A stretch of 64,000 nucleotides of DNA, taken from the NCBI GenBank assembly GCA_012295275.1, contig CM022672.1, forward strand, positions 17,732,001 to 17,796,000, given 5' to 3'. Each line of letters starts with the position of its first letter. Position 1 is the first letter of the stretch. The position numbers and the translations under genes are program-made. Below, piece after piece: positions 38,701 through 52,257 of the stretch. The notes under the pieces were generated by a model, which made no database searches, was not told where the DNA came from, and worked only from the letters and a program-made list of their open reading frames with translations. Source of the stretch: Chrysomallon squamiferum. Lineage: Eukaryota > Animalia > Mollusca.

Positions 38701-40626
38701 TGATTTTTGTGTTGTTTAAAAGCATAAATTATACAGTTTCATTGTTCTTGCTGTTTGGCTGTGTTTTAATTTATATGTACTTAACATTTGTGGTGTTTAA
38801 TACTGTTAACTTCATAATATGTTTAATGTAATGCAGTCAGCTGAAAATGTTTAAAAACAACAACTAACAACCCCTCCCCAATAGTAACAGTAATAAAAGT
38901 AGAGTTAAATCAAATTAATTTAAAAAATTCAAAATGTAATAAACATTTGCATTTAATATGATAAATATTATCTGAAAATGTAACTGATAGGCTCAACATT
39001 CAGCTTGAGAATTCAACTATGTCAAAATGACCCTTCGATTTTAGAAATTAAAATATTCAGCCATATTTCTTTATGCATGTATGGTGATAAATAGAAACAT
39101 TCTTTTTAATTGTCCTTGTCTGGTCCAACATTAATAATTTAACAGTGAAAAAAGATTATTGTTATGATACGATTGTACTGGAATGCAGTAAAAGCAAATT
39201 ATGCTTTCACCATAGAGCAGAACAGCCAGCTATGTACTGGTGAATGATGAGAAAACAAAAACCGATATTGACAGACAAGTGTCACAATGTATGACATGTA
39301 TGCACATGTTGACCCTCGTGTGACACTTTGCATTCACCATATTCACCATGCTCTTAATTAGGTACCATTTGTAAAAAAAAAATTAAATATTGTTTAATAC
39401 ACATTTTCAGTGTATGATTATTTTATTGTATTTTTAGTAAGCAAATCTTGCAGCAGACAGGATATATTAATAGAATATTATGTAAACACACACACGCATA
39501 TGCACATGCAGCATGTTGTGTCCTGGCTTACGATGTACTATTTCCAAATAAAAATGTTTAAAAAAGAGGGAATAAATTGCTGATAACTTATTTTTGTATG
39601 CTTAATTTTTATTATTCTTAGATACTTAATTAAATAGATCAGTTTAAAATTTGCATACATATATACCTTAGAATGGCCCAGAAATTAAAAAAATGTATAT
39701 ATATTTGTACATGTGACATGCTAAATGAAAGATTGTCTCCCATTTGATACACATCCAGTTTAACTGAAATTTTAAACAGTCAGTTAAGGAGCTTAAGCAA
39801 ACCCCTATAATAATAGTGGAAGATATTTATACACTAATACTTGCTGTATCACTAGTGCTGCATGTATTGTTCATTATATTTAAATGTTATATAATAATTC
39901 ATATCATTTATGATAAATAAAATAGAATCTATATTTCTTGTTTGTAGGGGTTTGCTTAACTATTCCCAAAGCAGACTGTAACAGACTGTAATTTATTGTA
40001 CATTAGGTAGAGGGCACATGATTAGCAGTTCACTTAGCCATGATCTGTGGTATTATAAGGTGTGACAAATGGGATGTGTAACAAATGGAAGGTACCAGAT
40101 CAAATGCTAGGTTTATGCGAAATAACTTGACTTTGGCTAGATTGCATTATTAACAAAGCAAATATTTTATAATGATATAAAATATTATTTGATTGTTTAT
40201 TAAATACTATATTATAGGATTAAATTATGTATTGCTTCAGTTTCTCCACTTTCTTTAGCAACTTTTATTTTTTTTTTTTGTTTGTTGAAAAATATTTGAT
40301 AAATTTTATTGCAAAAGTTATGTTAAATATTTGAATAATACTAATTTAATACTTACTTAATTTTTGATATTATGTAATTAAAGGGGTAACATAAAGTGCT
40401 AAAATAATTTTGATTCCAGAAATACATAATTAAAGTATGTAAACGTTTATGGTGATAGTATATTAGAATACATAATGATACTTTCAATAGTTTAAATTAA
40501 ACTCCTAATTTATTTTATTTTTATTTTTATTTCAAAAGAAAAATGATATAATTAAATAATATATTCTAATTATTATTGCTTAGACTGTATCAGTTTTTAA
40601 AACTTTTTTTCAATTTTATTTTGCAG

Positions 40627-40722
40627 CCAGGAAATGACCCATATGCCTTTGTTGAATTCTATGACCATCAATCTGCTGGTTCTGCCTTGGCGGCAATGAA
40701 TAAGAGACACTGTATGGGAAAG
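40627..40722 (+). CDS. TIA1: TIA1/TIAR-like gene exon, RRM1 C-half ([32 protein letters not shown]); the gene continues beyond the window
   Basis: GNDPY.FVEF RNP1 and ALAAMN.R..GK are diagnostic. Acceptor TTTTATTTTGCAG|, donor AAG|GTAAGT, 96 nt, phase 0-0. The next expected exon (E.KVNWAT) was not seen before 64000. Confidence 0.93.
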
Positions 40723-43700
40723 GTAAGTTGACAGTTCCAGAACTGTCATTAATGATGTTTGTGATGTTTTTCATTAGTATGTTTACTTTGTATAAGGACA
40801 GGTACATTACAAATGGTCAGGAAAGTGCAGTATTCAATAATGAAATATGATTAAAAAAAAAAAAATTATGTTGGATTTGGCTGCTGAATTGTCTGGAAGT
40901 TTCTATTTGATTATATTTATGTATGTATTTTTGTTTCCAGAGTATTAATATTAAATATTTTATTAGTCTTTCATTGTTTTCTGTAAACAAGTCAACATGG
41001 GCATATCTCCAGACAGAAAATGTTTGAAAAAAACCCAATTATTTATTTATTTTTTATTTTTCTCTTTATCAAGACAATGTAAAAAAAATATATATTTTTG
41101 CACTTTTATTTCCTGCAGTTAACCAAAAAGTGTGATTACCACTAACAGCAAGTAAATATTTAATGGTTTGGTACATGCTTGTTTGTAATCCTTTTTGTGT
41201 GTTTCATGATAACATGAAACACTGTTCACAGAACTATAACTTGGGAATAGTTATACAGGTGCTATTACTGTTATTTATTATTATTACACATGTACCTGTG
41301 GGTCTTTACACAGTTATGACTGCAAATATAATTTATGATAAATGTCTTGAGTTTAATCATCCAGGTTACATATAGAATATTTAAGAGTCAAAAATCAGTT
41401 GAGCTGGGGAAAAAAAACCCAAAAACAAACAAACAATTTTTAACATAAACAAAATTGGAGAATATTTCTAGTGTACCAAAGTAAATAATTTTAAATAAAT
41501 TAAAGAATAATTTGTTAAACTTTGAACAATTTTTCTTATTCAGTCAATTTATTATTATCTTTTTATTGATTTTTTATTTTATGGGAAACCAGTAGTTTAA
41601 AGATACATAAATTAAAAGACTGGTAAATGTAAAAATGTATACGGTGCAGTTAAAAAAAATACTGAAGCAACACTTGTAATAATAAACTTGCCGAGAAGAC
41701 TGAGTCAATTAACTGTACAGGACTTTTTTTTTTTTTTTAAATATATATAATGATGTATGTATGTATGCATACATACATACAGTTGGACACCACTGTGTCA
41801 CACCTGCATGAGTCAGCATGCTTTTTATGTCAGTATTAAAAGCTGATCACAGCCAAAATATGTGTAACTATCACGTTTTTCTCTCTGTTGAGTCAGTACA
41901 CTTAATTTGTTATTAGGTTTGTGTCTGTATGTATTTCTTGGTTCCAGCTCAGACATTTAGACAGGATAATTATATGTTGATATTTAAATTCTGTTGAAAT
42001 AAATAAATTTTATCAAATGATAAGTAATAATAATCTGCTGTTACAGTGATAATGTAACCAAACTGTTGAAAATGTTGCCGACTTGTGACTGTCAACAGAT
42101 GTCGGATGTCAAATAATGAAGTTATCCAAAACATTAAGTGAGATAATAAATGGCTTCATTGATCTGAAAACATAAACCATTGCTTGTTACGTAAGGGCAG
42201 CTAGTCATAGAGCTTTGTTAACATGGGTGTAGTAACATTGTCTGATATCAAAAATGGATCAGTTTGTCTTGTTTGTTAATTATCAAAGAAGCGATTTTGA
42301 AATTTCTTTGGTGGCACAAATCTCATTTAAGGCCTGTAGACCCTTCATTCACTTCTGCAGTGTTCATGCCTTGCCCCATGCATTAGTAGAAACTTTGTTA
42401 ATTAAGTCTACATAGGTTTGTAAAATATTTTTGTGTTATTCTTTGTTGTTTAAAATTAATTCTATTTAAATTCTGTATCTGCAGTTTAAAGAAACTGTTG
42501 GAAAGATGAGTAACTGAAGTAGAGATTCAGCAAGCATGATATGGCATAGCCAAAAATTGGCAGTAGTAGCAGTATAGGCCATACCAGTATGAATGATTAA
42601 TTTCACTGATTGATTAACTTTTTTCCAGTATTAAATTGTGTTTAGATTGTATGATTCCATAAAAATAAACATGTATTTTTAAAAAACAAAAACATTTTTT
42701 GTTGATACAAAGCTATGTATGCATAATATTGTTTTAGTTGATGTTTAATTTAATTGATATTTTTCTGATGTTTCTGCAGTATATCAACAAATTCATATGA
42801 ATGTGTGTTTACATGACAACGAATAAAATCTTGCTAAAATATAATTTATTAAGCCAGTGGTAGTTTAATAACAGTTTTTCTTCTTGGGGAAAAGTTGTCA
42901 TATCTGTCTTGTTTGTAAAGATGATAAACGATCATGTCATTCAAGTATAATAGAAATAACAGGAATATTGTAACTGTCACTGAAAATTGTCTTTGAGAAT
43001 GAAAATAATACTTACTCCAACAGAAATTAATAACAATGATTTTATAACAAATAATAGTAATTTGCATGTATATATTACAGAAAGTTGGTATCTTTTTTTT
43101 TTGTTTCATACAAACTGTTTTGAAAGAAATTTAACTGATCTGTTGATGATACTAGGCATTGATTGTTTTCAAAAATGTGTTTAAATTACTATTATTAATG
43201 TTTGTGATAGCTGCTTGTTTTAGCAGTTTATGAGGAAGTAACAGTTATAGAAATATTAACTTTCAAGTGTGTGAAAATTACTGATCTTTAAGAAGAAATG
43301 TAATTTAACTTTGGATTGAAGACATGAAGAATATGTTTTCAAAGTGTTTGGCAGAAAAATAACACACTATCTCCAATGTTGATTTTAATTTGTTTGAACA
43401 GTCAAAGCCAGTGGAGTTATGTCCCTTATGATATTGTGATAATAGAAAATTGGGTTATCTGGTAAAAATCAATGAGCAGTAAACGCACTCATTGATGAAA
43501 TGAGATCAAAGAAGCTTGGTTAGTTCAAGCTGCATGGATGAACTGAGCCAATTTGTCCACTCCTCTTCTAATCGGAAGTATGCTCACAAGTTGACTGTAA
43601 AAAGCATGGCAGATATTTTCAGGCTGAACCATAGAGCCAGCCTTACTATTGCAAGTATTGGAGATAAAGAATTTGTAAGATAACCCAGCTCTGCTTGTAG

Positions 43701-44914
43701 GCTTTCAATAGACTTCCTTTGCCGAGGAAAAAGAATGGTATTGACTTGTGAGATGTAAAAACATTAAGCATATGTTGAGATTGAAAACCTTTTTATCTCT
43801 CGACTGGATGAGAGTGGGATAGCTTCTGTTTGAAAATGTTTGCATAAGTGAGCAATGAAAAACATCTTTCAATAAAACAATCAATGTTACAGTGGTGTTG
43901 CTTTAGTGTGGACATGCTGAATTTGTTTTAGATCTGCTGCGTCATTTTGAATTTTGGTTCATTTAATTACAATTTCATTTTAAATACATGCCCTGTATGT
44001 AACAGTGTAATCCAGTGCATTTAAACAAAAACAGAAGACCGTAGTGAATTTCAGAAGCAGACTATGCTTGATGTGTGAAATAATCTATGTTATTACAAAA
44101 AAATATGTATATATCTTTGTCAGATTCATGAAATTAAAATTGCATTAATTCGAAGCAACTTCTAAGTAATTTCAGAATTTTTCTTTTGTTTAAAAACTTA
44201 AAAATAGTAAAGTTTTCAAGTAAACCATAAGTAGGAATATAGTAGATTTCGTTGGTATTATTTTTACAAACAACATTTATCCTGTTGCTATGCTTAAAAA
44301 TTCTGTGCATGATTCGTATAGCTGATTCAGGTGTTAATGGCACCACCAGTTGGTCATAATTATTTTCTTACGATTTTTTGTCATTATCTTTCTCAACTGA
44401 AATAATAATAATAATTCAGCTTTAATGTGATTTTATATTATTTTGATTATAGTGATTGGTGCTGTACAGAATAAATGTAGTTGGCCATTTTGTTCTTCGT
44501 TGTCATTCTTGCTGAGCATTTTCTAGTTCTAAAGAATATATGCAGTGAAAATGCTATACAATATCAGGGTTGGATCTTAATGGTCACTTGATTGATGTTG
44601 GCAATTTAAAATACCATTAGCCATGTCAAACTCCTATCCCAGGTTTTCCATATATATGGCAAAAAAAAAAAAAAAAAAAAAAAAAAAATAATTTATCTTG
44701 TTGATTTTAAACAATGTTTGGTAAGTGCAAACTTTTTATTTTTTCCAGAACAATCCATGTTACATAATTTTCTACCAATCAAGGTTATTTGGCAAAAATG
44801 TTAAAGCCAGCTAATGAAAAACCCCAGGGGCAGGTGGAAGTGCTGTCAACACTAGCCAAGAGGGCAAATCAAATTTTTTTTCTCTTCTAAACACTAACAT
44901 GTATCAGTGCAACA

Positions 44915-44949
<35 letters not shown>

Positions 44950-47612
44950 CCATTGTACTCCAGAATAATACTGTATGTACATTTTATAATGATAATGTTT
45001 CACATGTCGATTCAGATACTAATATTGTTTTACAAACATAACTCTTTGTTATGTCTCAATACAGCATTGTTTGAATACTTGCATAGACAGTAAAACACAA
45101 TGGCATTTGATGCTTAAAAAAAAGAGAGAGAGAGACAAAAACAAACACCTAAAAATCAATAAGGCTAGTGATTGAAACATATTTATAAGTGTGTACATGC
45201 ATGATCCTGTTTGCCATGCCCTATTTCCAACCGAGTTACATTAAAACAGTTCTTTAATATGATTGCTAAAATCTGAACAGGTCTTAAATCTTAAAAAACA
45301 CTTAGAAAAACTAATAATTATAATTAAATCAGCTTCAGCATGTTATCAGTAAATATCAAATAAATCTATGTTTGGAGCTTAATTTGTTTGACATTTCTTT
45401 CTCCAGCAAAAGTTTGTTTATTTAACACATCTAAGCTTTGAGAAAATGTATACTACACGTCTTCATACATTGGTATAATTTAATTTAAAAAAAAAGGAAA
45501 ACACCCCTTCAGTATATTATTCACCAAGGTTATAAATAAATTCTTCATTGTCAACTAGTGTTATCAAGTACTCTTTTTTTTTTTTAATTTAAACATATTC
45601 ACTGAAAAAAAGAAATGAAGTAGGCAAATTTTGGTAAAACTGGTTTAACTGATCATTTAACATTTTGCTAATGGCTGTTAAAAAGTGGCTGAATACAGCA
45701 TATTTGTTTTTTCTTTATATATTTTACCTTAATTATATTGGCACCACCTTACATCTGTCATGCAGATTTACCATTGTCAGTAATATTTACTGAGCTATTG
45801 TTGATAAAAAAAATAGATTACGACTAATTTGTCACAGGTATGAAATGATCTCATCAAGCCATATTGTGTATATTAGTTGTTGTAATAGGCTTGCTTCTTA
45901 GCCAGAATGTATCATGGTTTTTTGTAACATGTGAAATTGACTGATTTTTCAACAATGCCCATGAGAATACATTTTGATTGCACTTTGTTTTGTTACCAGT
46001 AGTGTGAATTTTTGCCCCTGCCTTTTTCTTTATTCATAGATCAGAATATTAAAATCAGAATTTTAAAAGAAATATATTTTCATAAAAGCAAAACTATTTC
46101 ACTTGAATAAATTTATTATATAAATTTCGTGTCTTTAATTGTTTTTGTATTGTTATTTTAAAACTCTTTAATTTTTGAGGTTATGGTCTTATCATTTTAT
46201 TTCAGTAATGTGTCTGCTATAAAGAAAGGTTATATAGTTGGAGATAGCTTCTAATTAGTGATAAAAATCTCAGATAAATTATTTTTATTATAATGTACCC
46301 TTTCATACCTTGAAAAATACATTATTAAATGTAATGTCATGCACAGCTTTACAAAAAAAAAAAATGCAGTTTATGTTCATAATTTATATTTATTGAAATA
46401 ATGATTATGAGAATCAAAAAGTTTTCAGATAATGAGCTTTCATTCACTGCATATGAAAACCTTGTAAATTAATAAATAAAGTTAAATATTTAAATACTAA
46501 AAGTAACTAAGCAAATGCTTTAATGTTGATTGCTGTACAGTGTGAGTACATACTCTCACTGAATTGTTTTCAAATCCTATGGCGGGTTATTTTGCATGAC
46601 TTTATTCTATGCAAATAATTGTTCTCTAATTGTACATTAACACTAACTACTTCACATGTTAGTCATGACATTAAATTTTGTTCTATTGATTAGTAACAGC
46701 TGGCCTCTGTTTTTGCTGTTTAGTTTGTTCCATTTAAGCATAATACTTGAAACTGCAATTCATTGTTAATATAGCTGTAAATTTTGTTAATTACTTTTCC
46801 CAAACAGATGTGTTCCTACCTTTTGTGTTTTCTTTTATGGTTTCAGTTTGTGTTTAGTTCATTAGCAAACAATAATTGTAATGGAATCTCTTAAATTTTA
46901 GGTAAATGCTTCCTAAATACAACAAATATTTAAAAATGAAATTCTGACAAGAAAAAAAAAAGAAATTAAATAAATAAAACAAAATCAAAAACAAAAACTT
47001 CCCATAGATGAGCTTTCAATATAATCTTTTGAATTTAAATTTTATTATATCGCTGTTAATGAATAGAAGACCACAACATGCTTTAATGTTTTTGAAGTAA
47101 TTTTAAAACAAACAAATATTTCAATTTGCAATAAAAGAAGAAAGATAGCTGAAATTTATAAACATTTCCTTTCATGACTTGTTTTTATACATCTAATAGA
47201 AATGATTATTCTTTTATTCAGCTTTTGTTGTTAAATAAATAGATTATGCTAAGTTGGTTAAATTAAATTATTTTGAAATTTCTTGATGAAACTTCTACAA
47301 TATATATGCGTCTATGTTAATCTTTCAATTATCTGACAGCTGAACTGAATTGTGAAGGCTTTTACTAAGTTATGGGAATTTTTAATTAAAAAAAAAATTG
47401 TTTTACATATTCTCTGAACTGTAGGTGTCTAACAGAATACTGTTACCTACTAGTACAAGTCCATTGTATACATCAGAACATTAGTATCACTGCATATTGC
47501 TTCAATGGGGGGGGGAAATAATGCAAAAAATATATGTTTGAATCTTTTTACAGTTTTATAGATAAAAATAAGTACAAAATATCATTTGCAAGATTTATTT
47601 TGAGTACCTCAT

Positions 47613-47650
<38 letters not shown>

Positions 47651-49943
47651 GTATAGTTCAGTCTGACATAGGAGGTAAACATTTTTATTTTCTTGTTAAC
47701 CTGGTTTGCATAAAGTAGGAGTCTTCTAAATTTCATGGTAAACAATTGAAAATGTGTGGTCACCAGTTCTTTAGCTTCAAAGACTCACATTACTTAGGCA
47801 TAAATCATCTAATTTATATAATTTTATAAGTTCCAGTGAATATTTCTTTTTAAAACCTGTAGGCTATTTACACATTTGTGTTCCAGAGAATTTTGGATAA
47901 AGGATAGTTGATGTAGTTAGAAGAGAGACTCGCCATGTGCAGATTTTTGCTTTTTGTCTTTGTTCTCTTCTTTTTTCTGTTTCATTTTATTTCAGTTTTT
48001 TTTTTTTTGTGGTATGTGGTGTTTAATCCATTGATTATATTTCAGTTTCATATGAATAGTTAAAAAAAAAAAAAAAATTGAACTGGTGATTGATGAAGTG
48101 GCTATAATTAGATATCGTCCTATAATTTCCCACTTGAAGAAATAATGCTCTTGACTACCACAGTATATTCTCATCCTCAGCGGTTGATCACTACAAATAA
48201 AATAACTGCAGAACTGCTGCCACCAGTATTTTCTGTGAATTTACTACCACTGTGACCAAACATCTATGCCGCCTTCCTTGTTAAGTGCTGCCCCCTTTGG
48301 CAGAGCTAAGTACATGTTTTACTCTTGATAAAATATTTTCATTCTGCAAGAAGAGATTTGTATGATTTACACATGCACTGAATAATGGCTTCCATACAAC
48401 CACTAGTAATTATCAAGGTTGTGATGAATTAGCTTTTCAGATTCGGGCTTTATTTTATGATCACACTTGTTTGTTTGGCTTGTTGGTCCATTAATATTGC
48501 CTCCAAAGTCATTGACTCTCTTGCTATGTGACACATTGAACACAGGCTGTTGAGGCGTTACAGATCCAATAAATACTTAATTGGATGAGAATATATTAAG
48601 AAATGCTTTGTAGATGACACAATGGTGTGTGATGGACAACTAAAATATGAATATGCATTTATCTATGCTGTCGTATTTGTATTAAATTACATTCTTTGAT
48701 CTTGTTAATGCTTCATAAGCATGCATAATTCCTCTTTTTTTCTTTCTTTTTTTCCCTAAATAATTTATTTTCTTTATAAAACTAAGAGTAAACTTAAAAT
48801 TTCTGAATTGATTATGGCCGCATTGTGAATAATTTGGTATAATTTTTAATTGTTAGTTTTGCTACATTTCATATAAAATAAAAATGTAAAAGAAATCACT
48901 ACAGATGAACTTGAAAGATAATATCATTATCAGTGTATTATTACATCCATTATTAAAAGAAAGGACTTTTAAAAAAAAAAATATATATAGGTAAACTTTT
49001 TACGAATTGTCTTGTCAAAAGGTTACTGTTTATCAAGGCACAATATTGTCATTTGGAAGTTCCAGTACAAATAAATGATACATCAAAATCTATACATTAT
49101 TTAATGATCACACTTGTTTACATACAATCTATACATTATTTAATTGTTTTGGACTTAAGAATTAAACTTGTTATAGTTTTTTAAGATTGGACAGCAAAAA
49201 CAACAAAACAACAGTCTTTATATTAAAGGTAAACATTAGCCAAGTTTATTGGTGGGGGGGTATAATTAATTTTCAAATTTTGAAAACACAGCAGCCAGAA
49301 CATAAAAATCATAGTTGACAACTATGATTTATTTCTAATTTCTTTTTCTTTTTCCTTTTTCTTTTTTGAATTTTATATTGAAAATGTATTTCGAAAAAAG
49401 AAAAAAAAAAAAAAATGAATGCTTTTGATATGTAAAAGCACAATAGAGAGAGACATTAAAAGTTTAACCTGTTAGGATTTTTTAATTCATCTTTTTATAT
49501 TACATGCACTGTGCAACCATATCAGTTACCTCCCTGTCCCAGCTTGAGGTCTTTTCCAGTTGTTTATGAATATTGAGAGTCCACACAACACTCAGTCAAC
49601 ATTGACACTGTAGCCAAGGGCCATTTCACACTTGTCACCTTTTCACTTCCTTATTCATCATAAGACCACACTTAACTTGCCTTAATGAGATTTTTTGTTT
49701 TGTGTTTTTAAAAGAAATTTGTCAGTCATTCAGAAATTATAAATCTGTTTTATTGTGCCTCCTTAACCAGATTAAATTCAGTATGTTAGGTCATTCTGAT
49801 TTCAATTTTTGATAAATATATTGTATTCTTTCTCCCAGTGGAGTTTGATTCAGATTCTGTCCATATTCCAAGCATTTTAGGGCCAGTCAATTTTTTTGTT
49901 TATTTTTATAGCTAGCCATTTACATGTTATTTTGTTGCCCCCT

Positions 49944-49975
<32 letters not shown>

Positions 49976-51849
49976 TTATTTATTTATTATTTATTATTTA
50001 TTAGTTATTGTTATTATTTATTGTTATTATTATTTTTAATGGGCTGGGTATTGTGAGTATGGTACACCCTGAAAGATGTCTTTAAACTGCTAATAAAAAG
50101 TCTAATCAAATTTTTAGTATATGTGTTGAATAGTGCACATGCACGAGCACCCTTATATTCTTTTTGACTTGATTAATTAAACCAGTTTTAGCAGACTGTT
50201 TTTCTCTGGGGTTTTTTTTTTGTGGTTTTTTTTGTCTTTTTATTGTTTAATGAACAAATAAATGCATTGTGAATGATAAAAGTAAAAAGAAAAAAATGAA
50301 ATTTAAAATGAATGATTAAAATTGAAGTGATGGTTACTTGAATGGAGATATTTAATTTGCATGTTGACATTTTTATTGCTTTCATATTGTCTTTCTTGAT
50401 TTGTTAAAAATGTGAAATGAAATAAGTAGAATTACTTATGGATTTAAAAACACTGTTGTTTTTAAGCTCATTATACAGCTTGATTGGTGGGTCCTTTTAT
50501 TTTTTTCCTTCATAAAAATCCATAGGAATTACTCAACTTTTAATGTTGATAAATTCTTTTTTTTTCTTCTTCTTCTACTTTTTTTTTGGATATGAAATAG
50601 TTTATTAATTTCAAATTAAAAATTTAATTTAGTATAGAAGTAAGTAAAACGAGGGTTTAAATGTTTAGGAATTGAGTTTGGCACTAATTTTTTCTACAAA
50701 CTATAAAACTTGATAAAAATGTGGAATTTTATCTCATGCTAACACAAAAGTCATTTATATATTTATATACAAATTGTGGAAATAAATTTCATATATCTGA
50801 AACTCAACATCTTACAATTTATCCTGTTTTAATTAAACAACCCCACCTAACCCAGATTTTAGTTACATAGTTAAGAGTGAAAGCCAAGATGAGAATTTAG
50901 AGGATTGATTCTTTTCAGTGTCATTAGGTTTATATATTTTTCTCTTCAGCTACGTATACTTGAGATACTGTTTGTAGTAAAATTAGCATTTTAACATTTA
51001 AATGTGTAATTACGAAATATAAAAAAAATTTGGTACTGTTACACCACAGATGTATATAAATTTGTTTGTTAATATTTAGGTGTGTTTTTAATAATGATGA
51101 TGTTTCTAAACATTTAGTTAGATGGTGAATTTAACAGCTATGGTTAGCTTCGTTTGGTGATGGAGTTTTATTATTCAGTTACATGTTGTTTGTAAAATAT
51201 GCATGGGAACAAGCAGAAATTAATTGCACAGAATCTATTGGCATTTTGTTTGCTTACATCATACCTTATATATAATGCATGTTTAGAGCCAATGGCTTTA
51301 TGCATTAGATGGTGGCTATTGTTTCCTGATTCGTGTTAATGAATTGTTTCTATCTTCCTATTTGAAATTGGCCTCGAGCCAAAGACACTTCTTTAAGCAG
51401 ATCAAAGTAATTTTCACCTGTAATTACACTTTACCTGATCTGTAGTCACTTCCATAGGTGAGAGCGAGTGAGCAGCTTGGTTGAGACATGAAATATTATG
51501 CCCGTCACTAAGTTGTTTGATTGATTGAATTGAAATTGTAATGGACACTCCTACATCTGTGATATCTGCACATACATGTCATACACAAGCAAACAATAAG
51601 ACCATCTGAAGCATTATAACATTTAAACCAATGAGTAGCTTTGCGCTTTATCTACTTGGTGGAAAAAGGAAAACATAACTTGAAAGGTAATTGAGGTTTG
51701 TGACACTGGCAGTGTGAGAGTGCCGACAAAAGCATATTGAACTCCTGGGCTATCAATAGATTTCGGTGACTGCTCCAGCATTTACGTTGTGACCGCTTGA
51801 GACTGCAGTTCAGTACCGAGGAATGAGCAAGCCTGGTGAGCTGTACTGT

Positions 51850-52257
51850 CTACATAAAACAGCTGCAGCAGCAACAACAACAACAACAATACCACGTATA
51901 ATACTAATGGACTAGGAGACAGACAGGTCCAGTTATCACCGGAGTAACTCGTACTGTAACCAGACTCCTGCTAGGCCCATCAGTGGACCGCGACTCCTAG
52001 TGTAGTGATCGGTGGTTTTCATCTCTGTTCTATTCTGACGTCCATCTGCCAGTGCTGCCTGCTAATCAAGCGCTCGATACAAACGTCGCATCCTCTCTTT
52101 ATCTCTCACTGTGGCTTTAGTTACTGGATCCCCGATAACTGCACCGGTCGCCGTTCCATCCCCGACGATCAGACTTCGGCCTCGCGGTGTCAGGATGCAT
52201 CCGTACTACTATGTTCAGTATATTCCTATTACTGTCAAGCAGCCCGACATGGTCAAT
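51850..52257 (+). other. Candidate internal alternative first exon within the TIA1-like intron (possible ORF MHPYYYVQYIPITVKQPDMVN, 52195-52257)
   Basis: CpG-rich island in otherwise CpG-poor DNA, TATA-like CATAAAA at ~51853, ATG at 52195 and a consensus donor AAT|GTAAGT at 52258 in phase 0. Confidence 0.45.

Noticed and set aside
39240-48500. C-box-like RTGATGA motifs as intronic snoRNAs (e.g. ~39244, ~48421)
   Set aside because: No convincing terminal stem, D-box spacing or rRNA-complementary guide was identified by eye.
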